Shown: in pieces, positions 33,926-48,100 of the stretch | Position numbering within the stretch: position 1 is the first letter of the stretch | Layout of the letters: every line of letters begins with the position of its first letter | DNA from: Vicugna vicugna | Lineage: Eukaryota | Direction of reading: 5' to 3' | Assembly (NCBI GenBank): GCA_013265495.1 | Contig: MU058337.1 | Coordinates: 4,086,880 to 4,150,879, forward strand | Length of the DNA stretch: 64,000 bases | Notes under the pieces: generated by a model | Databases searched by the model: none | What the model saw: the letters and a program-made list of their open reading frames with translations, nothing else | What the model was told of the DNA's origin: nothing | Made by a program: the position numbers and the translations under genes

Positions 33926-36680
33926 GCTGGTGATTACTGTAACTGGAGTTCTCCTGGGCATAAGACTCCCACACAAACATCAGAGGATACAGCGATGGTG
34001 GACCAGAGGAGGCTGAAAGTTGTCGGGGGGCTGTCAAGACAAAGTTTCTCCAAATATGGTTTTGCTCGGGGCAAAAAAACAAGGTGGCGAGTTCCGGAAA
34101 GGCAATGACTATAACACTGAGTTTGCCTATCTCTTAACAAAAGAGACTTGGCATGCTTGGGGAATTGAATACATTGGCCCTGAATTAGATTATGAAAAAT
34201 GTTGCCCATTTTTAAGCCAAAAGAATCTCCCCACAGACTTAAAATTAAAAGTAATAAACACAGAAGTTGCAGATATAGGAGACAGGAATTTTTTGTATTA
34301 TTTCCGAGTAGTTACTACCAAGCTCTGTGTTGGAATATTTCACTTTGTACACAGCATGATTATAATTTTTATTCATTCTTCCAAGACCATGTAAATTCCT
34401 TTAGAGTATAATTACATTATTCATTTACTGTAATGAAAACAGAAGTCTTGCCATGTAGTGGTTGGGTGGGATTGGAAAGACAGAAAACAAAAATTTAAAT
34501 TATGTAATTCTAACTTGCAGTAATAGTTTTTAAAGCTTTCAAATACATATTTATTACATTGGATTTCCAACTGCACATAGAGTTATCACTCACACTGTCC
34601 TTTGACTATTGAGTAAATATGCATTAGGTGCAATTTTAAGCACTCGTTATTAGCTCAGCCAACCAGAACAAACCCATTAGCAGTGGGCTTATCTGCTTTA
34701 TCAAGTGCGTCTGGACAAGGTTTTCAGGAATGTGCTTAAATGTTATATTTATTCATTAGAACTTGCTAGAATCCCAAAGTAATACGTTCATTATGCCAGG
34801 GATTTTTAATGCACTGTCAAAAGATGTTCTCCAAAATGCTGAAGTGATATAATCTGGTTAACTTTATAACCCAGGTGTTAATTCTCATGATACAAAGGGT
34901 CATGAATGAATCACTAATGTTATAAAGAATTTTGCTAACTTTGGTCTCTAAACTCCCCATGCGATGTCTTCCCAAACTTCCAACCCCCACCTCTCCATTC
35001 ACTTCCAACCCCCAGCTCTCCATTTTTTTTCACCCGGAGGTTCTACTGTTGAACCTAAGAAATTTCCTCAACGCTGATGCCTCCCCGGGGCCACTGGACA
35101 AGGTTCACTGCTTGGAGCTGCTCCTAAATGCTGCCTGTGTTCAGGAGAATCCTCCATCTTCATAGAGCCCAAGGAAGTGAGAATAAAATCACTGGTATCT
35201 CTAAAAAAAAAAATTATTTTATCTTACATAACGTACACCATGTTGACCAAAATGGGGAAAACGACTTAATTTTCAGATTTGCGATCTCTTTATTATTCTC
35301 TGCATCCGTAGCTTTTATTATCTGCACAATCTCTTGGCACTTTCCAGAGGCTTGTTCGGCTGGTTTTCTTTCTGCTTCTCCAAGACTGATAAACAGTTAG
35401 GGTTTGACGAAGATACACTGCATAATGACTACCTTAAAGTACTGTAGATATTTAAAAGACTCAGAATGTCTCTATCCCTTTTCCACACCAAAGATTTCTT
35501 ATTCTTGTGTTTCAAAAATTTATTTGTCCTACAACATATTATTTCATAGCTCACAAATTATACCTTGGCTTCACGCATATTTACTCCCCTCACAGTTATG
35601 CCTTCCTGTTCATGCCCAGTGTTTCCTGGCTAAACAAATAGGCATTTATCTCGGGCTCATGCTTCACACGTCACCGAATTACAAAATCCTTGGAAAGACC
35701 TTCAAGTGATGAGGGCAGTTGCTGAAGGGCAAACTGTGTGATTGTGCCTGTGTGTGTGTGTGCACAAATTTTGTGTGTCTAATACAAACATGGTCCTGAT
35801 ATTCATGGTGAAGACGTCTTCCAAGATAAACACTATTCTTGCAAAGGCAAGATACATCTTTGCAAAGAAGAGAACTTTGATTACAACTTGAGCATGTCTC
35901 ATCCACCTTCTGAACCTGGCTTGCCTTTATTACACTCATTTCTGACAATTCAGAAAAGGCCGTGTCTCGTGTAGTTAACATCTACTCAGCAGCTTCGTTT
36001 CCCAAGGTAAAGTGCCTAGAGGACCTAGACCCTGCCCCACCTCTTCTACGACTCCCTTCTTCAAGGACTTGAGCACTTTATAGACTTGTAAAAGGCCGTA
36101 TTATACCTGACGATGGTGATGTGCATCAGTTGTACACCTAAAGTTCTGCTCACTGCCCACTATGCCTTATCTCTCTTTTTTATAACTCTATTTTATTGTC
36201 ATTGGAATTACTGAATCATAAACCTAGGAATAAAAAATGTTCCATTTAAAAATATCTTTTATGCTATTTTGGGGTTACACCCATACTTTGAATGTTCATA
36301 ACATAATGCATATCAGTTCTTTAAAATGTCTGTGTGTTGTATCATACGGCGCCGTTAGAGTATTTCAACCTTGCTTGCACTCCCCCCATCAGTGTGTAAT
36401 CTCCATGAGGTCAAGGACGTTTATACTCAATCCTATACAACCCTAGCTCCTAAAATAGTTCCTAGCTCATAACAGGTGTTCAATGATATTTGTTAAATAA
36501 AAGTATGAAAATCTATTGTTGAAAATATTGACATGTGAAGCATTTTAATTCTCCCATTTTTCTCCAATTACTCCGCTCCTTATAAATCTTCTACTCATCT
36601 TTCTATAACCCCTTATACCATCTGTGACCATCTCCATTTTTTATTTCTTGGCTCTATGATCTTCAGTTACAATGTAAGTA

Positions 36681-37027
36681 CAGTCATCGCTCAGTAACCG
36701 GGGGTTTCAGAACCGCCAGAGATGCCAAACTCAGAGGATGTCCAAGTCCCTTATATAAAATGGAGTGTCATTTGCACATAATCCATGCACACCCTCCTGT
36801 GCACTCTAAGTCATCTCTAGATTACTTGTAATACCTAACACAATGTAAATGCTATGTTAATAGTTGTAAATACAATGTAAATGCTATGTAAATATTTGCC
36901 AGTGTGAGGCCAATTCAAGTTTTGCTTTTTGGAAATTTCTGGAACTTTGGTTTTTTTTCTGAATATTTTTTATCTGAGGTTGGTTGAGTCCTTAGATGCG
37001 GAACCTGAGGATATGGCGGGCCAACTG
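36681..37027. mobile_element. MER2-like TcMar-Tigger non-autonomous element
   Basis: TA target duplications at 36679-36680 and 37028-37029. Imperfect TIRs cagtcatcgctcagtaacc / ggatatggcgggccaactg. Internal caagtcccttatataaaatgg...gtcatctctagattacttgtaatacctaa. Confidence 0.88.
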
Positions 37028-37074
37028 TAATCTGTCTCATTAAAATGGATTTAATAGATTTAACTTTACACAAT

Positions 37075-37560
37075 TAATGACTTATATATCCAACCCTGAT
37101 TTCTCATGTAAGTCCGAGTCCTGTAATTCTAACTGCATGGATGGCACTGCTACTTTAAAGTAGTATCTGTCCTCTTTACACCAACATTATACACACTTAA
37201 CCTAATTTTGGTCTTTCTACCAATAGCATTCTCCAAGCCAGCCCAACCTGGAAATGTGGAACCATCTTCTCCTCTTCGCTTTCCTTTATCTCCTCTAGCC
37301 AACCAATTGAAATGACTGGTCCAGTATGAATTCAAGAAGACTCCTAAATTCACCCCCTCTTCCTTGCTTCCATCACCAGGCTCCAATATTGGCCCTCATT
37401 TTCTCACGTCTAGAAAATTTCATTAACCTCTTGGTCTCCCTTCCTCCAGTTTCTCTTCCCTCCAAAATCCAGTACATCCAGCACTTGACAGCACTTGACC
37501 AACAAATATTAGGAGTCAACTATTTGTTCAATAAATGAATCAAAGAATGGATTAATGGAT
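37075..37560 (+). mobile_element. LINE-2 fragments
   Basis: ctcttggtctcccttcctccagtttctcttccctccaaaatcc and L2 tail tatttgttcaataaatgaat. Confidence 0.5.
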
Positions 37561-39312
37561 AAATGCTCTCGCCTATAAAATGCATTAGATAGTTAGTTCA
37601 CAGTTCTCATCCCAGACCCAAATGTCTCGACTCAGACTTTAAATCTGTCTACAGTCTGACTCCACCTTTTGTCTATTTCCAAGCTACCCCACTGTCTAGG
37701 TAGATTTCCCTAACAGACCGGAATCCAGTTTCTCTGACTCTGAAAAGAACCCATCCCTCTTTTCACACATGCAAACTTCCCCCGTTACCTCCATGAATGG
37801 TTTCTCAGAATGACTTGTGCCCCTCACTGGCCATCCATCTTCTTTGAATTCCTACAATATTCCATATACAATAGGGAAATAGTAATAAATTTTTGCATTC
37901 TATTTGCAATGTCATCTCACTATTTTTTGCACATATGTCTTTTTCCCTCACCTGGATCTACATAATCCTGGATAATGGACACTACGTCTTAAGGCCTTTG
38001 CTTGACTGACTACGATGATTTAAAGGACTATCCATTTCTTTAACTCTCAGCATATTTCATTTCCCCTTTGTATAGTTTCTGTGAAGAATAAAAAGGAAAC
38101 AAACTTTAAAGCAGAAAAAAATCTACACATAATAGGCTCCTGAAAGGAGAGAAAACATGTTCTACACTAACTGATTAACTTGAAGCATATAACTCGAAGA
38201 CCTTTATAAACAGAGTTTCCTAAATGCTTACATTTATAGCCACGAAATAGAAAAACAGTAAAACATCAGAATTAGAAACAGAATATTTTATTTTTTGTTA
38301 TTGCTTTCTGAAATGCCAAAATTAACTTACTCTGTTTATTAGCAGTCAGTTGAAATGGGAGAAAGTTATAGACTTACTCCTGTTCTTGTGTAATAAATAT
38401 CTAGAGAAATTTATTTAATTTGATGGTTTACTATGTACTTAAGAATAACAAACTGTACAACCTGTTTCTTAAAAGCACCCAGTCATAGTAATGTCAAAAG
38501 ACAAAGAAAAAACAGAGATAGAAATCAGATATCAAAGAAAGTACCATATAATTTTATTAAGAATGCTTGTTCCTGCAGCTCAAAAGTTGAAAATGCTCTT
38601 ATGGGGTAAGTTTCAAAGATAAGAAGGATAACTAAAGATAAGAGTTTATTTTTGACCCTCCAAAGACTAGCAGCCATTTAGTAAAGTATTTAAAATAATA
38701 AAGGAAATAGCTCACATTTTTTGGCCTCAGGAAATACCCTGCTGTTTATAGAAATAATTCCCCAATCTTTATCCCCTGGTTTTTGTGTTTTCTTTTTTTC
38801 AGATAATTATTTCAGTATTCGTTTAGCTTTGGTGCTTAATAGTAAGACTTTTTGAGGAAAGATTCTAGACAAAAACATGAATATGTAAACAGAGCCAACC
38901 CCAGGCCATTCTGTAAGATGAATTGTGTATCTGCTCCTCCCCCTGCATTCTGTTTCCCTCTTCCTGCCAGGTGCTCGCTGTGGGCCATTAGAAGTTTCTA
39001 GTTTATCTGGTATTTCTTCCCCAGAAAACTTATTCTCCAATAAGGCCACTCCTCTCAACATTTTACCATTACTCCTCATACACACTTAACTTCACACCTC
39101 AGTGTGAACCATTTCTGTACCACCAACATCTCCTCATCTCTCCAGCTATCCAAATTTCACCCATCCTTGGAAAGCCCACTCAAGTCCTGCCTCTTCTGTG
39201 GAGCCCTCCCTGAAACACTGGGGTCTTCAGAAACTGGGCAGAGTTGCAACATTCACACAAATGCTCTATCTTCTCTCCTCAGGTGGGTTTGCCTGTCCTG
39301 GTGGAATGATAC

Positions 39313-39819
39313 TGTGGATACAAATAATCAACAAACAATCTAAACTAAGAATAGAAAAGGAGTTTTATTGGAGCCACACTGAGAAGTATAGCCAGGAAGA
39401 CAGCCTCTTAGATAACTCGGGAACTGCTCTGGAGAAGTGTGGTATCAGCACAGTTTTATGTCTTGTCAGAACAAAGAACATCATATAAATCAGAGATACA
39501 TTCCTTCAGGGTTTCAAAAAAATAGATCGGCACGTACACAGTGAGTCAGTATGGCCTTGGCACCTGGGAAGGGAGTCTTATCATCGAAGGAGTACTAGCC
39601 TTGGCATCCCAGGAAGGGAGGCAATTAATCTTTATTTTTAACATGGACATTCTTTATTTCTGGTCAATGTGCCCTTTTCTTTAATAATTAAAGCAGATGT
39701 ACAGTGTATGTTTCATAGGCCACAAATAGTCTTTTTGAGTTAGCATAATATTCAAGTTAATCCATGTATAAGCCAGAATGACTTCCCCATGCCTCAATAT
39801 GTGTAAATCCCTTTTATCA
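39313..39819 (-). mobile_element. ERV solo LTR (probably ERV1 class), 507 bp
   Basis: TG...CA termini. Minus-strand AATAAA (plus tttatt 39364-39369) lies about 50 nt from the end, with a minus-strand CATAAAA TATA-like box near 39454-39460. Flanks atgatac / ataatac. Confidence 0.7.
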
Positions 39820-41810
39820 ATAATACATTTGATGTTTCAAAACACAAGTGATTTGGACCAAAAACATGAACCTACCTTGTTTCAAATGCTTCCCTTTTCC
39901 TTTAACTCCCTCCTCCACTCTCCTGTGTGTGGTTCCTGCTAAGTCTTCATGTTCTGTTTACTGTCTTCCATTTTGGTTAGTTTTTGTTTAAACATGTCTC
40001 ATCTCCCTGGTAATAGGAGAAGCATCCTTAAGAGAAGAGCTATGTCTGATACTGTATGACTCAACCAGCGAGATGAACAGTATCATACGTGTGCTAAGAA
40101 ATAACCGGGAACTCAGTAAGTATCTGTTTAATAAGTGTAACATACTGGTCAAGACTTTGAGCATCTGGAATCAAACTATGGCTCTGTCACTTACTAACCA
40201 GCCAGAGTGTGACCTGGGGGTTGCTATTTCTCCTCCACCAGCCTCAGCTGCTGCACCTCTGAAATGCAGTAGCATCAGCTATCTTCGGTACTGGTTCTGG
40301 TATTGCCAGGGCTGTGCTGCTGCTTTTAGCGCTCTCCTTCCATCCCTAACTGGTAGATCAGCCATGTCTGCGGTGAGAGGCGATGCTTTATTTAAGAAAT
40401 TTCAACTACCCCGTTAAACTCTCTGTAGAAAATTTACTGAGTCTTATCACCATATTTTTCTGAAGTTTTCCTTCCAAACTCATAAAATAAAAGTATGGGA
40501 AGGCAATAAAAACAAAGGAAAGGAAACATTTGGAATATATATGTTCACTCTTAAAAAACCCAAACAAAGGGTACTGCAAAAGTCTACTGTCAAATATCAC
40601 TTTGTAATCCTTGATGGGTATCCAACATCGGTTAAGAAAAATACGCTGGGTTCTGGAGACAGTTTTGTGGCTCATTGCATCTTGGTCGAAGTCTTTAACC
40701 CGTGACCCTCACTTCAGTGAAAAAGTTCAGAATCACCTTCACTCATTTCAAACACAACAACACTTACTTGCTTTGCACCATTGGAGTCTTGTCTGCAGCA
40801 TGGCACTGCACCAAAAATGGATCCGACCCGCCAAGCGGCAGTCTTCTGGGAGGCTATCATTTGCATGCCTGAGTGATTCTGTGATTCTCACATGCCAAAA
40901 CAATTAAAGAAGCAGGAGTGGGTTAAAAATTGTCAATTTTTTTCTAAGTCTAAGTCACACAGCTCCAATGCATAATTTGTTTTCCATTATGCAGACTGCA
41001 ATATCTTGTTTACTGCCGCTCAGATGGAGGGTTTCTATTTAGAAAAGTTTCTGAGTTTCTATGAATTGATTAAGAGTGAGATTTCAAAATATAACAAGTA
41101 GTAATTATTCAGTGAAAGAGAAATTGCCGATCAACCACCAGTGTGTGTGATTATGCTCGTGCCCAGGAAGTGAGCCAACTCTGGACCTCTCATTTGTCGG
41201 AACATCACTTACTTACTGAGGAAACCTCATCTTCCAGGCATTGTGCTTGGCATTGGGAGTAGATCACTTGTCTTGATTTAGGATCCTGTATATTGCTTTT
41301 ATATTTGGGATTCTTAATTAAGATGATCTGATTAGCAAATCAAAGAAACTCTGATGAAAGATCCATCTGAACATAAAAGAGACTTTAAATCAACCTCTCA
41401 ATGATGTGATATGGTCAAATTAACTTCCTAGCTATGGTCTTTACAGGTTTTCCATGAGAGTACCTCTCCAGCTTCATGACCTAACCCTCCCCACTTTTTC
41501 AAGACATGAAATATATTGCCTTAACTAATGTCAGTTAGTCATAGACTCTATGCTATAAATGCATACTTGATTTAGCCCTTTTAAACTTCTATTTCACTAT
41601 TTTTTGCCAGCCTCCCTCTCCTTGGAAAATGTCTTTTTTTCCCCACTCTGTCTCTACCACATCAAGACTACTTTTCCCAAATTCAATCAAATTGACTTAT
41701 TTCTTCTAGAAAATCCTTTCCACAGAGTTTCAGTCACAATGTTCACTTGAATAAAAGGCATTTCAATCAATCTCATACAATATCTAGGTTATTCTAAAAT
41801 ATAAATGTAC

Positions 41811-41954
41811 AGGGGAGGGTCTAGGTCAGTGGTAAAGCACGTGCTTAGCATGCACGAGGTCTAGGGTTCAATCCCTAGTACCTCCATTAAAAATAAATAC
41901 ATAAATAAACCTAATTACCTCCTCCACACCAAAAAAATTTTTAATAAATAAAAC
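41811..41954 (+). mobile_element. tRNA-derived camelid SINE (Vic-1-like)
   Basis: Same head and body as the 26320 copy (tcagtggtaaagcacgtgcttagcatgcacgaggtctagggttcaatccc; aacctaattacctcc). TSD aaaatataaat at 41796-41806 and 41955-41965. Confidence 0.85.
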
Positions 41955-44689
41955 AAAATATAAATATGTATTTAGTAAGCACCTTGCCCAAAGCTACTGT
42001 ATAATTAATATCTAATGAATACGCAAAAGTCCCTTCAGTTTCTCATCTCTCTTTCCAATAGACCATCAATCTCTATCAGTGTATGTTTTGGCACACCAAC
42101 AGTTTCGTTACAAAGTTATAAAGACCATTAGAACTAGTAAAAAAAAAAAATTGTGCAGGGTTTGTAGAAAGAGAAAACTAAAGGTTTAGTCATTTAATAG
42201 GCTGAGCCACTTCAAAGGGGCCTTTGATTTTAGACGTGAGTCCTGGGAAATACAGACTAAGACAAATAGGACAGAGCTTAGCAAGTTAGCCCCAGTTTTC
42301 TAAGAAAACACACGCGCACACACGCACACGCACACACAAGGACTGGTCAAATCGTAAATGGTGTATTTAGTCCAGAAATTTCAGTAATGAATAGACAGAT
42401 CCAGGAAATTTACACAAAGAAAAGTAGATTTCCAAGTCAGTCGCCCAACAGACGTGAATCAAAAAAGCAGATTCAGTCTAAACTGGCTTCCCAGAGGTCT
42501 GCTTAGCCAGAAATGGGTGGAGACCTGCAGAAACTTCTCGAATGAGGCCGGAATCCTGGGACTGACCTGGAACACAACCATAGAGAAGCTGGAACAGAAG
42601 CTGTTTGTTCCTTGGCCGACATTTACCTCAGCATGAAACTGCCAAATAAAAACCACCATCACATTTTTAAGAGAATTACGCTTAACAACCCAAGAGTCAG
42701 AAGGCTGAGCAAGGGTTAGAACGCACACATTTAGAGCGCCTCTCCTGGGCCCAGAGCACTGAATCTTGCCTAATGTCTGAAGGTAGAAAATATTATTTCA
42801 ACCCAGGATCAACCCCAGGATGAGACACTTGAAGTCAGACCAGGACGCGTAGTTGAGGCTGTTCCTCACATAAGCTCAGAAATGCTGAGAAACATGAATG
42901 TTAAATAGGAAAATAGAGGCTTGTAGGATCTACATCGAGAAAACATTAAATAAATAAATATACATCTCATTAAACTTTCAATGGAACGCCTTATTAAAAG
43001 AATGGTAAAGAATCACTTCTTGGTTATTAGCCTAACAATGAAGTATAATTTTCCATATAACTTTATCTTAAGAGGCAGTCACTTGAGATAGTGACTCAGA
43101 ATTGGGTGCTTAAGGGATTTCAGGAGAGATGCCTGCTTTATTGCCTTGCAGTAAAAAGTTACAAGTTAATCAAATACCATGAGATTTTTCCTTGATAATC
43201 TATGCTGCCAGCACTGCATTGGTGAGTAGCTGTTTCAATTTACAATTTCCAAGCAGGAGAAGTTTGCTGACAGGTATGACACAGAACATCTTAGTAGGGA
43301 AACACCCTTGGAAGCCTTTTTTTTCATCATGTTCTTAACATTCTCTTCCTCCACCTATGCCTACAGCCGCAGGAACAGTCGGTTCTGGAGGAGTGACACA
43401 CAATCTACTAGCATCATGCCCTGCAGAAGTTGGACAGGAGACTTTTATAAATATATCATTTGTCTACTGTGTGATGCTCAACACTTGCCTTTCTGTGTCC
43501 ACACAAAAGCACGCCTGCTCCTGAGTGTATCAGTGCTGAGTTAGTGAGTCTGGGTTCAGGAACTCCCCCAAAATGGCTTCACTGTTGCTCCTAATCAGTG
43601 CTATGCAACTCAGCCCTTAACTGTAAAGTACACCAGAAAGAAAGCAGCGTGTCCTCAGTCGTCTAATTACATTACCTTCGGCACATTCTGGTCTTTTTCA
43701 TATTTCCCTTTTATCTTTCACTCTTACTAAACTTAATAACATAACACCATATCTGATTTTTAAAATTCCACACGTACACCCCCACTAAAAAAAAGGAGAG
43801 TTGAGGGGGGGAGGTCAGACACATAAAAGTGTGATATCTCCAGTCAGAGCCAAATTCCTAAAGGGTTAGCCCATTATACGGCCAAGCAAAATAAGACACA
43901 ATTGGTGCTAACTTTATTTTCAAAAGTTCCCACGTGTAGGTTTACAAGTGCCCAGAGGGATGCGTTCCCTCAATTGTGTCTTGTTGAATTTGGCCATTTA
44001 AAGGGCTAACTCTTTTCTAACTTGGCTCTAGGTGTAGATATCACACCTCTGCATGTCTGAACTTGATTCTTTACTTGGCTTTTTCCATGCACATTAAATG
44101 TTTCTGATTTGGTATCACTCTAAAAGAATTTGTAAGTGGTTTCTTTGCACCAGTGTCTGGACGGATTGGGGTCAAGTGTGATTGGTAGGTTTCCACTGTT
44201 AAATTATTTCACAGTCCCTCACCCCCACCTAATTGCTGTAACCTCAGAGTTCATCTTCTGTGTGGGAGGCCAGAAAATTCTGAGATCGGGGATGGAAGAA
44301 GTCAGATTTACACATTACAATCACAACAAAACAAAAATGATACGTGATTTTGTAGAATAAATGTGTTATCTTTACCAGGGGCTTCTTATTAACACTTACT
44401 ACTTGGAAAAGAAATAAAGAGGATTTGTCTAGCCCAGTAGACAGAATTTAGAAATTAAGTCCTTGTTTCTGTCAATGTCTTCATTTATTAAATGGAGAGA
44501 CTACCTTTTATCACAGAATTACTTAGATTATGATTTAGTGGGAAGAAACCCAAATGGAAAGCACTCTTAATTCCTTCAGGGAAATGCATTGTAGTTGTCT
44601 TTTTCCCCAAGAAAAATTAAAATAATCCTATAGAGATGCATAAAACAGTAGAAAACCTAAATAAAAATAGATGAGAAAGAAGATTCATA

Positions 44690-44860
44690 AACTGGAGGTA
44701 ATCCTAAGAGTCAGAAAACAGTGTTGGAATCCTGACTCACAAGCTTTCTAACCAGTGGTAAGGATTTCACCTCACTGAGCCTCGGTTTTCTTAAAATAGA
44801 AACGATACTAATTTCTACCTCACTGGGTTTTTGAAAGAATCACATAAGACTGGGAAAGTA
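44690..44860 (+). mobile_element. MIR SINE
   Basis: gagtcagaaaacagtgttggaatcctgactc...acctcactgagcctcggttttctt...ctacctcactgggtt. Confidence 0.6.
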
Positions 44861-47029
44861 CCCTAGAGAACATAAATCCCAGTAGATCTTTCACTAATAC
44901 TATAAAAAGAAGTAGAGAATGATTGATTAAATATGGCAGGACCGTAAGAGTTCATAGAAAGAGGCTACTAGGATGAACTGGAGAAGACTAGAAAAATTTT
45001 CTTTGGAGCGGGTACAATTTGAGATGGGCTGATCTGTCCAATTTGAGAGAAGAAGACAGTCCTCTGGGTGAGAGGAGGAAAGAGGCTGGGGGAGAAGCAG
45101 AGCTTGAGGGTAGCAAATAAGAGAGCTAGTAGACTTGGACAAGATCCGAACTCATCCTTAACCAGGTCTTGGCAGATCAGATTTCTCAAGCAGGTACTGA
45201 GCTGAGCTCAAAACCAGATCTGAACTGAAGTCCAAGACAAATACATAAACCGTTGGCCTTTCCCGTCCTCCTCTGGCTTTCCTCAGAAGACTTACCCTTT
45301 TGCCCTTCGAACTCCCCTTGTGGCCCCTCCCATCTGCCTCCTGCTGTAAGCAACTCCCTTCTGCTTGCCCCTGCGTGCAGCCGGCCCCCTCCTCACTTGA
45401 AATTAGAACTTCGGTTCTTAGCATCCAGGGGTGGAAACTTAATTGTTACAACAAAACGAAACAAAACAAAACAGAGTTTTCCAAACTGTGTTTCTCTAAA
45501 CACACAAATAAACAGCTTTTCAAGTTCGAAGAAGTTTTGCAAACTTTGTTGACTATATTCCCTTCTTGGGAATTCACTCTACGTGAACTAAAGCTTCGGG
45601 GAAATTCACAGTTAAAAATTGAAGAAAGAGAAGAAGGAGAAAGATGGAGGAGAAGGAAGAGTAGGACGTCGGGGGAGAAGAATTTTTTTCTATTTAACCC
45701 AGTATCTACCAAGTTCATCTTACCATAGACCTCTCTGTTGACATAATTTCTCAGAAATAATATTCTGCAAAATGCATTTTAGGAAAACTTACATTAATGT
45801 CTTTATGCCTGTAATTGGATTAATGGGTGACTTGTCCCTGCTCATGTACTTGTAATGTAACTTGAACTTCCTAGAAATATACCTTAACCCAAGGGAACAA
45901 TTCCTGGAGGGAGAAACTTACACAATCGACAGTCCCTTGAGGGAACAGGGAGTGGCAGTCTTTCCAGCCCCAGGAATAGTCACCAGGAAAGGCAGCCAGC
46001 CCAGCCTGAGTCCCCAGCGGCGCCTCTGGGCCTAGCCCCGCCGTGAACACCTACCAGGGATTCAGGAGTCATGGTGGCCAAGTTTTCTTTTTTTTAATCA
46101 CATCTTTCTACATCAAAGTGTATGAATCTAAAAATCCCCCGAGGAGAAAATTGAAACGATATGGTTTATCACCCAGTTTTCTTCCCATAGCATTTATTGA
46201 AAAAGGCATTAACACACCAAATCCGTTTGGATTGCGTTTTGATTTTGTAATTTTATTTATTCCTGGTTTTCTGATGTCGAGGTGTTCTGAGAGCTTCAAA
46301 TTCTGTTTTAGATCCACCTAATTGTATTTGAAAAGATCTGTGAAAACAGTTCCTGCCGTGGGAATGATCTGGGCTGTCTGCTCTGGGTAACGGCTCCCAG
46401 AGCTTCCTGGAAGACTCAGCCCACTGAGCGGCCTTGTCGCTTACATTCCTCTCAATAACTTGCTCAAACCGAGCCAAATGAAGCCTGATTGACACACCTC
46501 AGGAAGACCGATCCCCCTTCATTTGTGCTCAGCTACCTCTCGAAATGGCATTGCTTCGAACGCTTTCTTTATAATCAGTGCTGGATTAACCAAAGCCTAT
46601 ACTCGCCTCTACTTTGGTTTCTCCTCCTCCAACATTTATTGTCTGCCGACTTAGCCCATCAGTGGCCCCGTCTACTCCTGCAGCTGCAGCAGTGGGTGAG
46701 CTGGAGGAGGAATAGAGATGAAATTCCTTCCAAGGTGGCCTCATTTGCGGCAGTGGGAGAGGAGACGGACATTGGCTCATTGAAGCTTCAGACCAGCTCA
46801 TGATTTTGTTTGTCTGCATCCTTCTCAGTTATCCTAACACCCATTCATTGATCAAGAAGAAAAATTGAGGACCTGCTTTGCTTATCACAAGAGCGTATGA
46901 AGAATCACAACCCACGGCGATTTCTCACACAGACTCTCAACATACTTGGGTGCACAACCTTATCACAAAGAAAATGTTAATAAGGACACAGCTGCAAAAC
47001 AAGGCAAGCAACATCTCAGGATGAACTTT

Positions 47030-48100
47030 TATTCAGTACATTATTTAGCTCCTACTGTGTGCCAGGCAATATGCTTGGGGCTACAGATGAATAGATTAAA
47101 AAAGAGTTCCTGCTGTCAGGATGCTCATTGCAGGTCTAGGGAGAGAGGGAGAAAATTGACCAGCACCTGCACAGTGCGCTAGTGTTCTACAAACGCTTTG
47201 AAAGAAGTATTTCAAGAGTATTTCAACAGAAACTCCAGCCAAGGAGAGTCGAGAAAACAAGAAAGAGACCCTGCGGTGAGTTCTGAAGACAAGGAGAAGT
47301 TGATCGTGGGGATAAAAGAGAGAAAAGCATTTCAGGCAGAAAGAACAGGGGCCACAAAAAAAAAAAAAGAAAAAATAAAGGCTCAGAAGTAAGAGAGAAA
47401 CTGCTGAGCCCAGGGCACTGGGTTCACCAAGCATGGACCAAATATTGGTTGCACACGTGCACGTCAGCATCACGGCAAGAGGCAGCAATCCAATATGGAG
47501 AGTCTAAAGTGTCCCACAGAGAAACCTGGCCTCTCATCTTGGGGCAGTGAAGAGTCAGAGTAGGATTTCAGACCAAGATATCATATCGTTTAATTTGAAT
47601 ATTGCAGAGTTGGCTGCAGCAGCACAATGGGGGGGATTCGAATAAGAGCTAGCGTGGAAACAGAGGGAGCCTGAATCAGGACAGGGTGGGGAGGAGCGCA
47701 GGTTGATTTCCAAATTTCTGGCTTCGAAGAATGAGGAGCTGATGGGTCCATTCACCAAAAGAGAATATATTTGTGGAGGACTGGGTTGGATGATTGCATT
47801 TGGATTGAATGATTTCAGGTTTCCTCTGCGGTATTCAAGTAGAGGCATCCAGTAGGATGTCAAGGCTGCAGAGAGAGGCTGGAGATAAATTTGAGTGTCT
47901 TCTGGATGTAGGTGGCAGTGGAAACCATGGAAACAGGAGTTTGACCAATGGTGTCAGAGCATCCAAAGGAGATGATAAAGCAGAGGAGAAGAAATATGTG
48001 GGAGGAACTCTAGGCAACTCTGATACCCACTAGGCAGCAAGAAGAAAAGAAATGCAGAGAGACTGAGTAGTCCAGAGAGAGCTAGGGAGCCAAGGTGAGA
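47030..48100 (-). mobile_element. LINE-2 fragments
   Basis: atttagctcctactgtgtgccaggcaatatgcttgggg...gcatttcaggcagaaagaaca...tttccaaatttctggcttcgaagaatg...ggctggagataaatttgagtgtc. Confidence 0.7.

Noticed and set aside
34020..34394. 124-aa ORF with protein-like composition
   Set aside because: Non-ATG start, no recognisable homology or exon context; cannot be supported without a BLAST or PhyloCSF signal.
36840..36890. Tandem repeat acaatgtaaatgctatgt x2
   Set aside because: Lies inside the MER2-like element and appears to be part of it.
42735..42751. CTCF-like gcgcctctcctgggcc
   Set aside because: The core is one base short of the required spacing.
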